Shown piece after piece: positions 11,015 to 24,000 of a DNA stretch of 54,587 bases. The stretch's first letter is position 1. Each line of letters begins with the position of its first letter. The DNA comes from Nemertoderma westbladi (Eukaryota; Animalia; Xenacoelomorpha): contig JAUCBJ010004725.1 of NCBI GenBank assembly GCA_032718475.1, forward strand, positions 1-54,587, written 5' to 3'. The notes under the pieces were generated by a model. The model worked only from the letters and a program-made list of their open reading frames with translations, was not told where the DNA came from and searched no databases. A program made the position numbers and the translations under genes.

Positions 11015-13623
11015 ATGGCTCCTGCTAACATATACGCTCTTGATACAGCTACTTTAAGTATTTATGGTCTATCGGTTGCCATTCTCGTTGTCAAATTATA
11101 CATGATTGCATTACTCACCGCATTCAGCCGACGAAAACACAAGGTGAGAATATTTTTAAAGTCCATTCCAGTTTTAAACCTTACCAGTTTATTTATTAGC
11201 TTATATATATAGTCATTGGGGATAATAAAAAACAATTTTCAGTTTTTTGTCAATAAAATTGTTAGTTATTCCATGGATTTAAATAAATTTGGTATTGTCT
11301 GAATACTAATCCAAAATGTAATTTAATGATCAACAAATAATATCACAGAACATATATTTAAAGAAATTATGGTCAAAAAAGTGATGTTTTTTATTTACCC
11401 CAAAATGGGGTAAGTGTGTTAAACTAGTTAAACTCCCACCATATTAATTAATAGTTGACACCCTCCTAGCGAGCTCCTATTCTAATAATTTTTGTGCTAT
11501 TTATATGTTGTTAATGTTAATTGTTAACCAATAATTTAATTATTATTAATATAGATTTGCCTCGACCGGAGGTGTATAGAAAAAAATGTAGTCCGAACAT
11601 ACTAAAGCCCCCAAAAAATTAAAAAATATATAATTTTAAACTGAAATTTTCGTTAAAGATCGCACTTATCTAGGTCTAGAAAAAATAACTTCAACCCATG
11701 TGGTATTATTGTTTCTTCTACGTGCGATACTTTGCATATAAAAGCCTGAAAATAAAAACAATTTTGAATAAAACAGACCTGCACAATAGGGCGGTGCGTT
11801 TTTTACTTTTTTTCGATTTCATTGTTCTACCGGTGCACAAAAGTTGCCAAATGGTAAAAAAATAAGGCAAAAAAAATTTCTTTAAATTTCATCTATATCT
11901 TCACGGATCCCAAGAGGGTTGAAATTTTGTGCCATCGCGATGCACCATAATGAAATGTATAACAATATAACACATTGATGAAAGATCAATGACTCAAAAA
12001 AGAACTTCCTGCATGCATCAAATGTCATCAAATGGGTCCAAACGTAGTTAGATACCAAAATTTTAACTTTTGGGTCAAGGGAACTAGTGCCACAGGCACA
12101 TGGCCAGAACCTACCATTTGGCGCAAGTGATGATTATTCTCAATTTTCGCGATGGCCAACTTTGAGTTCTCCTACTGCATTCATATTATGCTCATTAGAA
12201 CCGCAATGGCCGATTTAGTGGGGGTAGACACCTTCAAAACAAACGTAGAGCGAATAGTTCTTGAGATATCGCAGAAAATGTGAAGTACGGCGGCACAAGT
12301 CTACATTACCGCCTTGATGTGATATGGACAAATACACAATAAATGATATTTTGAATTATCTCAAGGAATCAAAAAATAGACACATCACAGAAATGATCGA
12401 TATAGTGTGTGAAGACACCTTCAAAATAAGAATAGAGTCATTAGTTCTTGAGTTATTTTAAAAAATGTCAAGACTATGTCCACCAATTACTACTTGATAT
12501 TGAGTTGACCCATTCCACACATTTTGTACAAAAACTATAGTGAATTATGTACTACTCTTTAGTTTTGAAGGTCTCTGTATACACTAAATCAATTTGTTGC
12601 AGTGATGTGTATATTTTTTATGCCTTAAGATAATTAGAAGTAACATTTTTGTGTATTTGTCTATAAATCATCAAGGCAGTAATGTTGACATGTGCCGTAC
12701 TTAACATTTTCTGTAATATCTCAAGAACTATTCGCTCTATGCTTGTTTTGATGGTGTCTACAGTACCCCACAAGTCGGTCATTGCGGTTCTAATGAGCAT
12801 AATAATAATGCCGTAGGAGAACTAAAAGTTGTCCATCACCAAAATTGAGAATAATCATCACTTGCGCCAAAGAGTAGGTTCTGGTCATGTGCCTGTGGCA
12901 CAACTTCCCTTGATCAAAAAATTAAAATTTTGGTATCTAACTACGTTTGGACCCATTTGATGACATTTGATGCATGCAGGAAGTTCTTTTTTTGAGTAAT
13001 TGATCTTTCATCAATGTATTATATTGTTATACATTTCATTATGGTGCATCGCGATGGCACAAAATTTCAACCCTCTTGGGATCCGTGAAGATATAGATGA
13101 AATTTAAAGAAATTTTTTTTGCCTTATTTTTTTTACCATTTGGCAACTTTTGTGCACCGGTAGAACAATGAAATAAAAAAAAAAGTAAAAAACGCACCGC
13201 CCTACTGCACAATACGGTGTCACATTAGGATACTAGCCCCCTTAACAGTTAGAAATATATTATTCTTACCTCACCCTCTTCTAGGTCACCATAAACAACC
13301 CCGAAGATATCAAATTCCTGAAATTTGACCCCAGTAAAATGAAGCAGAATCACCCAGTTGTCGACAGAGTCAACCGAATGCACCGCAATGACATAGAGAA
13401 CGTCCTCCCCTACGTGGCCGTTGGGTTCGTCTACGCTCTCATTGGTCCAGGTGTCTTCCTTGCTAAGCTCCATTTCGGGGCCTTCACCGTATCCCGTATT
13501 GTCCATAGTTTATCCTACTACTTCGAGATGCAGCCTTTACGCAGTTTAGCATTCGTTATCGGGCTCTTAGCTAACCTTTCTATGGTAATACAAGTCGCCC
13601 TTGTAGCGGCAGCCTATGTATAA
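11015..13623 (+). CDS. MAPEG-family gene 2 (MGST1/mPGES-1-like); exons 11015-11143 and 13285-13623, ~155 aa
   Basis: Exon 1 MAPANIYALD...FSRRKHK ends at AAG|GTGAGA. Acceptor CCCTCTTCTAG| opens VTINNPEDIKF...VDRVNRMHRNDIENVLPY...SRIVHSLSY...QPLRS, which are canonical MAPEG motifs. Confidence 0.92.
11787..13204. mobile_element. Non-autonomous hAT-type fold-back element in the intron of MAPEG gene 2
   Basis: Termini TAGGGCGGTGCGTTTTTTAC / GTAAAAAACGCACCGCCCTA; 8-bp TSD CTGCACAA at 11779-11786 and 13205-13212; inverted arms of ~650 bp. Confidence 0.93.
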
Positions 13624-16246
13624 ACCAAGAACATCACACATCATTCCAAGTCGTCATAATTATTGTTTAGTTCATTGTATATATTCCCATAGTGATAATC
13701 AAACTCTTATACTTTGAATATATTGTGCTGATCAAACTGATCATGAACAAAATGATTTATACCTGTACATATAATACACATTCTATTGAATTCTTTTTAT
13801 AATAATTATTTTAGTATTTAGATTAAGATTCCAACTCTTTATTTTGCATTATACTAGACAGTCACCACAGTTGTAAAGATCCAATGCTTTTTATTGTAAC
13901 ACGTCGGCTTGCAACACAACAGAATATTCCACGAACCGGAATGAATGTTAAAAATATTTATTTATTAGATGGTAAATAATGTAGAACATCATTTTCACTA
14001 TTATACTCGAGATATTTTATTTATCAAACGTAGCTAGGTTAATAATAAAGAAGCGAGAGAAGCAACTGGGGACCCGTTGGGTTCCCAAGGATACTGGAAC
14101 TGTTTAGTGTTTGACTGATCGAGTGATTTCTAGAGTTGGCATTTTTTCTGGGTCTTCCGACGCATTGTACTGTACTATACAGTCCAAGCCGAAATTCTCA
14201 CATTCCAACTACTGTACCTCCCGCACTTGGTGTTCCAGTCCGACCAGTTACAATACATTGATAGTTAACCCTATCTGTCCCGGGCTATTTTGTTACGTAA
14301 TAATGGCCTGGGGGGGTGGGGGGTCATTGTAAATTTTTTTAGATCTTTGATCAAAAATTACAATTTTGATGGTATATAAAGGTTTTCGAGTTCGAGTTCT
14401 GATCACGATAGAACTTGTTAAAAATATTTTCTGACAATGCAACCATTGTTTTTGGTGCTATTTTAGTCCCCCAGGACAAAAATTACAAGTAAAAAAATGT
14501 CAAACTAAAAAAGTCACGAAAAGTCTTTTCGTGCCCCAGACGACACTTTAAAATTACCTAAAATTTTCGTGATTAGCATCCAAAAAACCGCTATGTATAG
14601 GCCAATCGCAAATAAATTAATTTTATTGAGCCATAAAACATTTTTGAAAATGTTAGCACCACATGTTGCTGGAGATGGGTGCCAGAAAGGGACCACAACA
14701 CGGATACTAACATAGCCATTGGGCAATTCCACCATTGATGTTACACTTACGTCGAAAATAAAAAGTCATCTCATCGGCATAATTTTGGTATCAAAATGAC
14801 GAGAAAGAATGAAATTTTTAATAAAATAGACGGATTTATAATCTTTTTGAGGGTAACAACTGGTTTTTCATTATTTAATATAATAATATACACTCCGCAA
14901 CGGGGTAAATGAAATTCGGTAAAATCAATATTATTTTAACAGTAAAATGGATATAAAATAAAATAAATATTAGTTTCTTAAGTTAATGGTCGAGGCGAGA
15001 ACTGCGAGGTTGGGACAAGCGGCGCAGTTAAGGGCGTGGTAGCGGTTCCCACATTGGTTGTATTGTCACATTATTTAATATGAGGAAAGATTTTTACGTT
15101 TTTTCAAATTTGCAGAAATTATTACATGTCATTTTTGACATAATCTTACTACCATTGAAATTGTCTGATTAAGACAGGTAATTACACCACCCGGAAATTC
15201 AACATTTATTAGAAGCTATTGATGATAAAAATTTGAATATTGACAGAATAGCATTATGTATTCAAAGTTTCAAAAATTTTAGATTTGGCCCACAGAAGTA
15301 TGTGAGTCCGTAACAAAAAGTTTAATTTGGAGCACACCCCGCATGTATATTGTACTGAATCATTTTCCTTTGGGTTTACAACCAATCAAAACCATCCATT
15401 AGGTCTCTATGTTCTGTATTGCAGCTAAAACGTTTTAAGAACAGCGTTAGGGACTTAGGACCTAGGGGTTTAGTCTGACAATTCTCCATCGACAGTACCT
15501 ACATTCGTATGTTTTCATTCATACATCATACTACTGTACGACATTATGCATTGCGCCGGTTTAATCCTGTCTCTTATGTCTAATACTCACATTTCTGGTG
15601 CCGGAAAGGCCAAACGGCATATATCACGGATGACAGAAATTACTGATCAAGGTGGTACAGTATAGTATGATACACTTGAAGTTAGCAAAGATTTCATGAA
15701 ACGAGTGAGCGAATGATTGTGGATACAAAATGGATTGTGATACAAAAAAAATCGTCCGTTAAGCCATAGGGATTACGCACAAAGTCTCAATAATTATTAC
15801 CAGTGCGGTCCCCCAAGACCTATATTCCCCAGAGGAAACTCCACTACTCATTTAGCTACCATTTACGGAAGGAAGAGATGCGCCCTGGCTAGTAAGTCCC
15901 TTTATGGTCTTTATTAAATTATTCGTGCCGAAACGAAAACTACCCTATGTTGCGAGAGTATAGAGATTATTGGGAGAGTTAAAGGAATTTGAGTGGTATT
16001 TTCCAGAGCATTCTAGCAAAACAAAATCAAGCAATCCCAGTTTAACCATCAATCAAATTTAATGCATTTGCAACTTACTACATTATCGTTCAAAATCAGC
16101 ATGTTTTATTGATATAAAAGGTAGATGAACTGTTTAATTCAATGCTATAGATATGTACAGGCAGACCAATAAGCTGGGGTGCCGCACCCATATTGTGACA
16201 CGATAGGTGGGAAGCTCGCCCTATTGGTTCTATCAGTTTTCCTAAA

Positions 16247-16535
16247 TAAATTGGAGATGAGCTGTTGCAACTGTAATTAAAGGTGTAATATTATGGGTTT
16301 GTTCAGAAGTGGAAAAAATGGGAGCGCGTCACCGGGGGTTGAACCAGGGCTATACGTACGTTTCGGCCTAACAGGCCTCACTGGATTAGGTGGGACTGTG
16401 AGTGTCAGGGGCTAGTGGCTGAGCTGGTTAGCGCTACTGATGAGGCCTGTTAGGCCGAAACGTACGTATAGCGCTGGTTCAACCCCCGGTGACGCGCTCC
16501 CATTTTTTCCACTTCTGAACAAACCCATAATATTA
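16247..16535. mobile_element. Penelope-like pLTR / retrozyme-like fold-back insertion
   Basis: ~97-bp near-perfect inverted repeat (16284-16380 vs 16441-16537), flanked by the 13-bp direct repeat CAGTTTTCCTAAA (16234-16246, 16536-16548); contains a hammerhead. Confidence 0.7.
16430..16475 (+). ncRNA. Minimal type I hammerhead ribozyme
   Basis: AGCGCTA-CTGATGA-GGCCT-GTT-AGGCC-GAAA-C-GTAC-G-TA-TAGCGCT: 7-bp stem I, complete core, 5-bp stem II, short palindromic stem III; predicted cleavage after GUA at 16468. Confidence 0.88.
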
Positions 16536-17200
16536 CAGTTTTCCTAAAAACATAAATGTTCATGTCCAAAAGGATGTTGACTTCACTTCACTGGGCGTGT
16601 CTGTTGGTTCTACAGTAGGTGCCATAAAATACTGTAGCTAATGGAAGAGACACATTGTTTCCTACTGTCAACGTTATCGTCAACGTTATCGTCAACGTAA
16701 ACGTAAACATCATCGTCAATATTATTGTCATCAGCAACGTCAACGTCTCCGTCGTCATTGCCCTGCGTGGTTGTTGACGTCGTCATCACCGTCATTGTCG
16801 TCATGTTGCTTGTTTAACCGTAAAGTGTAACCCGTGTACTTGTAAAAAGTGTCATCAATATGAAACCCACAAAACTTCACCTATCGTATCACCCTTCTAT
16901 TGTGCTCTAGAAAATACGTGTATAGTTATTTAATACGTTAATAGTGTATATGATTGAAATAACTGATATGTCCATGCCAATCGAACTCAACTTTATTTAC
17001 AATCTGTGGGGCGGGAACGACGCGTATGGTTCGAGTGTCTTGATCCACTCCTAACCTCAACAGTTGGTAAGGTAAACTTATATATTGGATGGCTGGAGCA
17101 ATGTGGGCACAGTAAAAGGGCGAACTGTATTGCCACTGAAGTGGCAGATATTTTAGCTGCCGCTTATCGGCAGAAATTATTTAGTGGAACGTTACATGTA

Positions 17201-17920
17201 CTACTACTAGGATCGGCATGCTGCATTGCAGCTGCATTTTTAAGAATGCTGTGCCGGCTTATCGACAAAATTGCACCGCCACAACTCCCTATCACCCATG
17301 ACATTTGCTAGATCATCCGCATCTTCAAGGCCAGTGTCCTTTAAGATGCGTCTCAAGAAAGTCATGGGCTGTCCACCATGCTTATTCACTTCATGAGGCT
17401 GCCAAAGTACAAGATTATGCACTGGCTGGTCCTCACGGCGAAAGCAATGTCCTGCAAAGCGGAGGCGATTTTGTTCTAGTGTCAAGCTTGGGGGAACCAA
17501 TGAGACACCTCCAATGTTATATAGTGTCTGGTTGGAGATGTGTGCATTGTACTTGACACAATGAACCCGGCGTAGCATTCTTGTGAATGTGCCATCCAGA
17601 GATTTGGTGTCCTCAGCAGTTAGAGCCCAGCATGGACTCCCATAGAGGAGTACTGGAACTACTGCTGCTCTAAATAACCGGACCTTAAGTTTCCGATTAA
17701 TTCTCGGTGACTTCCAAATCCTGGAATGCCTATTCAAGGCTGCCCATGCCTTTCCCTTACGTATTCGAAGGTCCTCACCTGACTTCCGGATCCATGATCC
17801 CAGGTAACAGAAGTCATCCACATGATCAAACATACCATCTTTTGAGCTTATGCTCATCCGATCAGAGACTTGCTGAGGACTTTCAAAGTTAACTCTTACA
17901 TAAACGTTACATAAACGCTA
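17201..17920 (-). mobile_element. 5'-truncated RTE-clade non-LTR retrotransposon
   Basis: ORF 17240-17857 carries post-RT motifs (FCYLGS, VLLYG..W, RLRFAGHCFR, DRELWR); (TAG)n tail at ~17199-17210; 13-bp TSD AACGTTACATGTA at 17188-17200 and 17921-17933. Confidence 0.9.
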
Positions 17921-18496
17921 AACGTTACATGTAGGAAGTTGCACAGTGGGTGACTTACAAAGTTGGGAGGGTGTAGTAAGGGTGGCAGACGAAGGGTTGC
18001 CCCGTATTTCACCTGAGGACTCGGTGTCCCAGGTGCAGTCTGTCGCACCCAAAACAAAATCGGGGAATTCCGTAACTGTAAAGTCACAAGTAGGCCTATC
18101 TTGGACTTCTTCGATGGTAATCAGGGAAGTCAAAAAAATTAACACACAGTGCTTAATTGATAATCTAGATGCGAAACAAATAGCGATATAAAAAGAGTAT
18201 GAAAGGGAACGTGTAGCACAAGAAATTGAGGTAGAGAGATGTGAGGCGTTACGTGTGTTAGCCCTAAATAAATTACAGGCAGATGTATCTGCATGTAATA
18301 GTGATGTGGAAGTTTTGGGTATGTTTAGAAAGGTGACGTCATTAGTTAATAGTAAACATACACGGTTGAGAGATTTTGAGAATGAAACCATGGGCGTACA
18401 CCCTTTATATCATAGTGATACCGAGGTACATAGAAATAATTACACAAATAGTAGCAGACATCTGCAACATAACGGCAAACAAAGGATACGATTAAT

Positions 18497-21460
18497 GGAC
18501 CCCGATTCTTGGGAATCTGGAGTTGAAATTCGCAACTATGTGCTTACAGATAATGAACGAGTGGCGCTTAATCTGCGGCCTCGCCCACCCCGTGTATCCG
18601 AACGCTTTGACATAAATTCTCGTCGACTGAATGACCACGAGGTGAGTTGACAACATTAAACTGTGTTCTGATTAATCCGTGGTCCTTAGTTAATAAAACT
18701 CATATCATTCATGATTTTTGTAGGAAATACGATATCAGTTGTATCTGTGAAACGTGGCTTACAGATGATGATGTAGATAATGTACTTACTTCTGAACTGA
18801 CACCGAATGGGTATTCCTTTAAGCATGTTCCGCGCTCTGGCAGAGGAGGCGGTGTTGGCGTTCTATTCCGCTCTTTTCTCAAATGTAACTTTTTGGAGAA
18901 TGTTCAGTTTACAACGTTTGAAAACATTTCAATCAAATTTAGTGGTTTAAATGATGATTTTATACTTTCTGTGACAAGTTGTTTATCAAATCTAAATTTA
19001 GAACAGTGTATAACTGGCCCTACCCACCGAGACGGACATACACTTGATTTAGTAATTCAAAGGGAAGATGAAAAAATTACAGATTTCTGTGCTATAAAAC
19101 CAGAACTAAATGTTTTTAAAGATCATTATCCTGTTGAGTTTATAATTGATTTTTCTCTCAATGTAAATGTTGAGGAACAGCCCAGTTTTAGTTTTCGTAA
19201 TTGGAAATTCGTCAAAGCTTCTGATCTGGCAAATGAAATAAAGCCAGTGCTGGACATACTGTCTGCTACGACGAATGATGTTAATCAAATTTATGATCAT
19301 TTAATTGTAACACTTACCTCTGCGGCTGACAAACTTGCACCTATAATTAAATTTAGTTCAAAACGAAACAAAAATAGTGACCCTCCATGGTTGGACTCTG
19401 AGTTAAGACAATTACGTCGGAGTAGGCGGAAAAATGAAAGAAAAATGTTGAAAACCAATAGTGAAAATTCATGGCAGGAATATCGACAAATATGCAGATG
19501 TTATTACTCAACGCTGAAACGAAAAATTGACAGCTATGTGTCTGGATTAATTATTTCTGATTGCTCAGATAATAAAAGGTTATTTTCTGCTGTTTCAAAA
19601 CTGTGTGGTAAAAGGTTTGAGGTAATTTTACCAGAACATGAAAACTCGGTAGATCTCTGTGAGGAGTTTGCAAGTTTCTTTAAAGAAAAAGTTGATAAAA
19701 TAAAGGAAAAGATTCAATTAAAAAGGGATTCCAATGCTGTTGCAGATCAATTTCGCTCAGTCAGCATGAATGTTGGTGATAAAGAGTGGACTACATTTGA
19801 TACGATCACAGAAGATCGTGTTAATAAAATAATTAATGAACTGAAAACGACCTCTTCGGTGATTGACCCCATCTCAGCATCATTGTTGGGTTTAGAACCA
19901 GTTATAAGTGTAATAAGACCTATTATTACAAGGTATATCAATGTCTCTCTAACAACTGGTTGCGTCCCAGACAAAGTAAAAACTGTTGTGACCAGCCCTC
20001 TCATTAAGAAGCGAAATTTGCATCCAAATGTTAAGAATAACTACAGACCTGTTTCTAACCTTGAATATGTTTCAAAAATATGTGAAAAAGAAGTAGCTTT
20101 TCAGTTACAGTTACATATGGCGAAAAATCGTGTTCTTTCAAAGTTCTTATCAGGGTATCGAAAACATTTTTCAACTGAAACTATGCTGACACGTATTCAT
20201 AATGATATCATGGGTGCATTGGATAACAAAAAGCTAGTATTATTACAATTGGATCAATCGGCCGCATTCGATACAGTAGATTATAATCAACTCATTACTT
20301 GCCTCATGGATATAGGAATTAAAGGGACGGTACTAGATTGGCTAAAGAGTTATCTTAGTGAGAGATCTTTTTGGGTAATGATCAAAGGAGTTCGATCTTG
20401 TGTGGTGAAACTTGATTCTGGCGTCCCGCAAGGCTCGATTTTGGGACCGTTATTGTACTTAATATATACTCTGCCGCTTGCTCAACTTTGCATGGACATG
20501 AACTTAAACTTTCAGATTTGTGCCGATGATACACAGCTGTACTTCATCTTTGCTCTTAAAGATCTAGATATTATCAATAATGAGATAGTGAATGTGATAA
20601 ATATACTAGATAATTGGATGGTGTCTGTGAACCTTATGTTAAATAGTGACAAAACCGAGCTTATGATAATTCGTAATCGCTTTGCAATTGCTGATATTGA
20701 ACCTGTAACTCTTATTTTTGGTGAGAAAAATGTGACTTCAGTATCTCATTTCAAATCTTTAGGATTCATACTTGATGACAAAATGAACATGGAAAGACAC
20801 ATTTCGTCTATTGTAAAGGTATCCAATTATCATTTAAGGAATATATCAAGGATAAGAAGATATTTAAGTAGGGAGCAAACTGTGAAGCTGATGACGTCAA
20901 TAATACTACCGAGAATGGACTACTGTAACTCTCTATTAGTTGGTATTCCGGATTATCTACAACAAAGATTTCAAAGGGTGATTAATCATTGCGCACGTGT
21001 TGTAAATTGTGTTAAAGGCGTTCTCATGTGACACCTCTACTCAAAGACCTTCATTGGTTGCCAACATCTTTCAGAATCAGGTATAAGATTGCATTAATAA
21101 CTTGGAAGTGTTTAAATGGAGTTGCTCCTGATTACTTGGCTGAATTAATTCAAATTAACTCCAAAGTGACACGATCGCAGTATAACTCAACTTTGGTAGT
21201 ACCATCAACCAACTATAAAACATTTGGCGATAGATCTTTTTCGGCGGCTGCACCGAGAATCTTTAATGACCTACCATTGGAAATCAGGATAACGAGCAGT
21301 CTAGCTTCTTTCAAAACTATGCTTAAGTCACATTATTTTCTTAAGGCTTTTCCGAACTAATATTACAGTACCGGTATGTAATGTACGTGTAAATGCGCAT
21401 TAGACCTATTTATTTATAGATAGTGCGCTATATAAATTTGGTGTTATTATTATTATTATT
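18497..21460 (+). mobile_element. 5'-truncated L2/CR1-group LINE (end of ORF1 plus defective ORF2)
   Basis: ORF1 C-terminal DPDSWESGVEIR; ORF2 APE (CETWL, GGGVG, GHTLDL) and RT (NYRPVSNL, GVPQGSILGP, CADD); frameshift at ~21028; L2-like 3' end GCGC...GCGCTATATAAAT plus (TTA)n; flanked by ATTAAT at 18491 and 21461. Confidence 0.9.
18647..21360 (+). pseudogene. LINE ORF2 (endonuclease-reverse transcriptase), degenerate
   Basis: Endonuclease appears internally deleted, YADD reads CADD, and the C-terminus is in a second frame (21028-21360). Confidence 0.85.
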
Positions 21461-21702
21461 ATTAATCCATCCGTTCCTGTTGTAGGTGTAATTAATGCAG
21501 TCGGAGATAACGTTTCACACCAGCATGTCAAAACATCCAGGGACTGGGAAAAAAAAGAGAACATTGTGAGCATGCATACTGTAGATTCAGGCGTAAGTAA
21601 TGACCCAGAAAGGCAAACCAGCCATAAGAAAAAAAAGGTAGGCATTGGGTTGGACAAGGTTGGGACACCGGAAATTTCCCGCGATTTGTCCCACAACCAA
21701 CG

Positions 21703-23353
21703 TTGATGGTTGAAAAAGATGCAGGCTATTATAATATTAATGATGAGTTAAATGATTATGGAACTAACTCACAATTGATTAGGGATCGCAAGATGCATAG
21801 CAGAAGATCTTATGTCCCAATTAGTAATGCATTTCCCGATATCAATCATTATCCCACGAACTATAGTTGTCGTCCTTTGGGACAAGTGCGATATCCTGGA
21901 ACCCATAGGGACAGCTACGGTCGCAGGGGGGACCCAGGACTCGCAGGAATGTCGAGTTTAATGGATTCCTGGAAGATGAAGTTGGATCTACCAACAGTAC
22001 TGCCGTTTATTTACGACGGATTAAAACCCGAAGAATATATACAATTTAGACAATTTTTTTACGATGAAATTCTGTCAATACCACTGTGTGAAACAAAACG
22101 TTTAAATTATTTACAAGTCTACACATCTGGTGAGGCCCTTGAGTTAGTTAGGGCATTCGTGGGTCTACCCAATGGCTTTCAAACTGCTTGGGAGGCATTA
22201 GAGACACGGTTTGGAAACCCTGGACGTAATATTCAAAATGCCAAATTAGACAAATTAGTAACAAATTCGACAGTAAAAACACCGAAAGAAATAAGGCAAT
22301 TTTCAGATAAACTTAATAAAGCAATATTAGTATTGCAAGTTTTGGACCGTCCCGCAGAGTTGAATGCGGGAGCAAATATGCTATTAGTAGTGGCTGCATT
22401 GCCACTAAACGTACGAAATCGGTGGCGAGATAAATCTGTGAAAATTCGGTCTAGGTACAATCGAGAGCCGTCAATGCAAGAGTTAGCTACATTCTTGGTG
22501 AGTGTAGCGGAATCTATGCAAGATCCAATGTTTAATGAAGAGTTGGTTGCTGCCGTGAAACCGCCAAGTAAGAAGGTGGAAGTTGTGGCAATTCCGCCAC
22601 AGCCACACACGTCCTCCAACCAACTACCACCTAAGAGGGGAACAGTAATGTTTAATAGTGTGGGTGTAGAGAAAACAGATACTCGAAACCCAGCAATGCG
22701 AAGTCCTGAAAAACGGGATTTTAATCAAGGCAGTGTAGGTCATGGCAATGCATGGGGTAATTATTCCCAGAGAGCCCCGGGATCCAAGGGGATGCAAACT
22801 GAATATGTGCATTATATTAACCCAGCCACCCATGTGTATACGCTGGGGCACCATGTCAGATGCACCCGCATATGCGGGGGCATACTGTCGACTGTGGCGT
22901 GCAGTGCCACTTGACACAAGACTTAACTATGCCCGGCGCCACAATATATGTGGTAACTGTGGCGAACCTGGCCATCTGGCACGGGACTGTAGTAATAATA
23001 TGCGACTATCTATCGTGAAGCCTACTGTCTCTTTGACTCAAGGGATGACACCATCATCAGAGACCGTAGCTTCAACTAAGACACATGTAAATACACCATT
23101 GGAGCCAAACAACGCAGTGGTTGGTACGCAGTTAAGGGGGTCCGGCCACCCTGAAGGAAATAATAAATCCGCATTATTAGTTGTGGGGGATAAGGTGAAA
23201 CTAGAGTCAGGGGAGTTTTACCTATTCAATTTAAGCGATAGAGAGGAAGCTTTGGTTCGAGCAAAACGGGGCGTGAAAATGTTACCAGCTCCAGTTAATA
23301 GTTTGATGCCAGGACATCGAATGGCTGATCACAACCCAACTCTGCAACTCTGA
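21703..23353 (+). pseudogene. BEL/Pao gag (DUF1759-like region plus zinc knuckle), frameshifted
   Basis: RLNYLQVYTSGEALELV...AWEALETRFGNP; CCHC knuckle in the overlapping ORF 22742-23353. Confidence 0.85.
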
Positions 23354-24000
23354 TCTTATTTGAAGATTGTGGTGCTGGTAATCACACCGCCAGAAGGAGC
23401 TGGTGTTACTACACTAGCTCTAATAGATAATGGATCAGCTGTAACTCTCATGGACAAGGATTTAGGAGAGGGAATTTGACTTGTGGGATTCGAACGTCCA
23501 CTGAATTTGTTGACAGTGGCAACACGCAATAGGGAGATTCCAACTACAGTCGCCACATGTCAGCTTAGTAATATTACGGATGCTCCACCATACACCACTT
23601 GGTGTACAGTCGCACTCATTAAGGATTTCCACATACCAGTGGAAAGACCCTCTCGAGAGGAGTTAGATCAATACACATATTTACACGATATTGATTTATG
23701 GAAGTATAAAGTGGAGAATTTGGACATACCGCGGGTAACCATACTTATTGGAATGGACTGCCCGGCTGCCCATGCACACTGCACAGTATGAAATTCGAAC
23801 CGGACCAGAACCAGAGACATCCCCGACAGCTGAGTTAGGCCCATTCGGATGGACAGTGGCAGGTCCAATGGCATCATTACCATCAGTCGCTAAATTGTGG
23901 GATTTGTTCTCCAAATAACTCATTTTGGACTCAATTTGGAGGTCAGAAGAAAATACTTATAAAGCCTCAATGGGTAGCTGCTGACGCATTTAATGGCTAT

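Larger units (their letters stand above)
16195..16894. mobile_element. Possible MITE hosting the hammerhead insertion
   Basis: Imperfect inverted termini GTGACACGATAGGTGGGAAG / CTTCACCTATCGTATCAC; internal (GTC/AAC)-rich simple repeats at 16665-16805. Confidence 0.35.

Noticed and set aside
14264-14760. piggyBac-like element starting TTAACCCT
   Set aside because: No matching right terminus or transposase found; left unannotated.
16284-16390. Second hammerhead on the minus strand
   Set aside because: Core reads CCAGTGA rather than CTGATGA and the 5' strand of stem I is missing.
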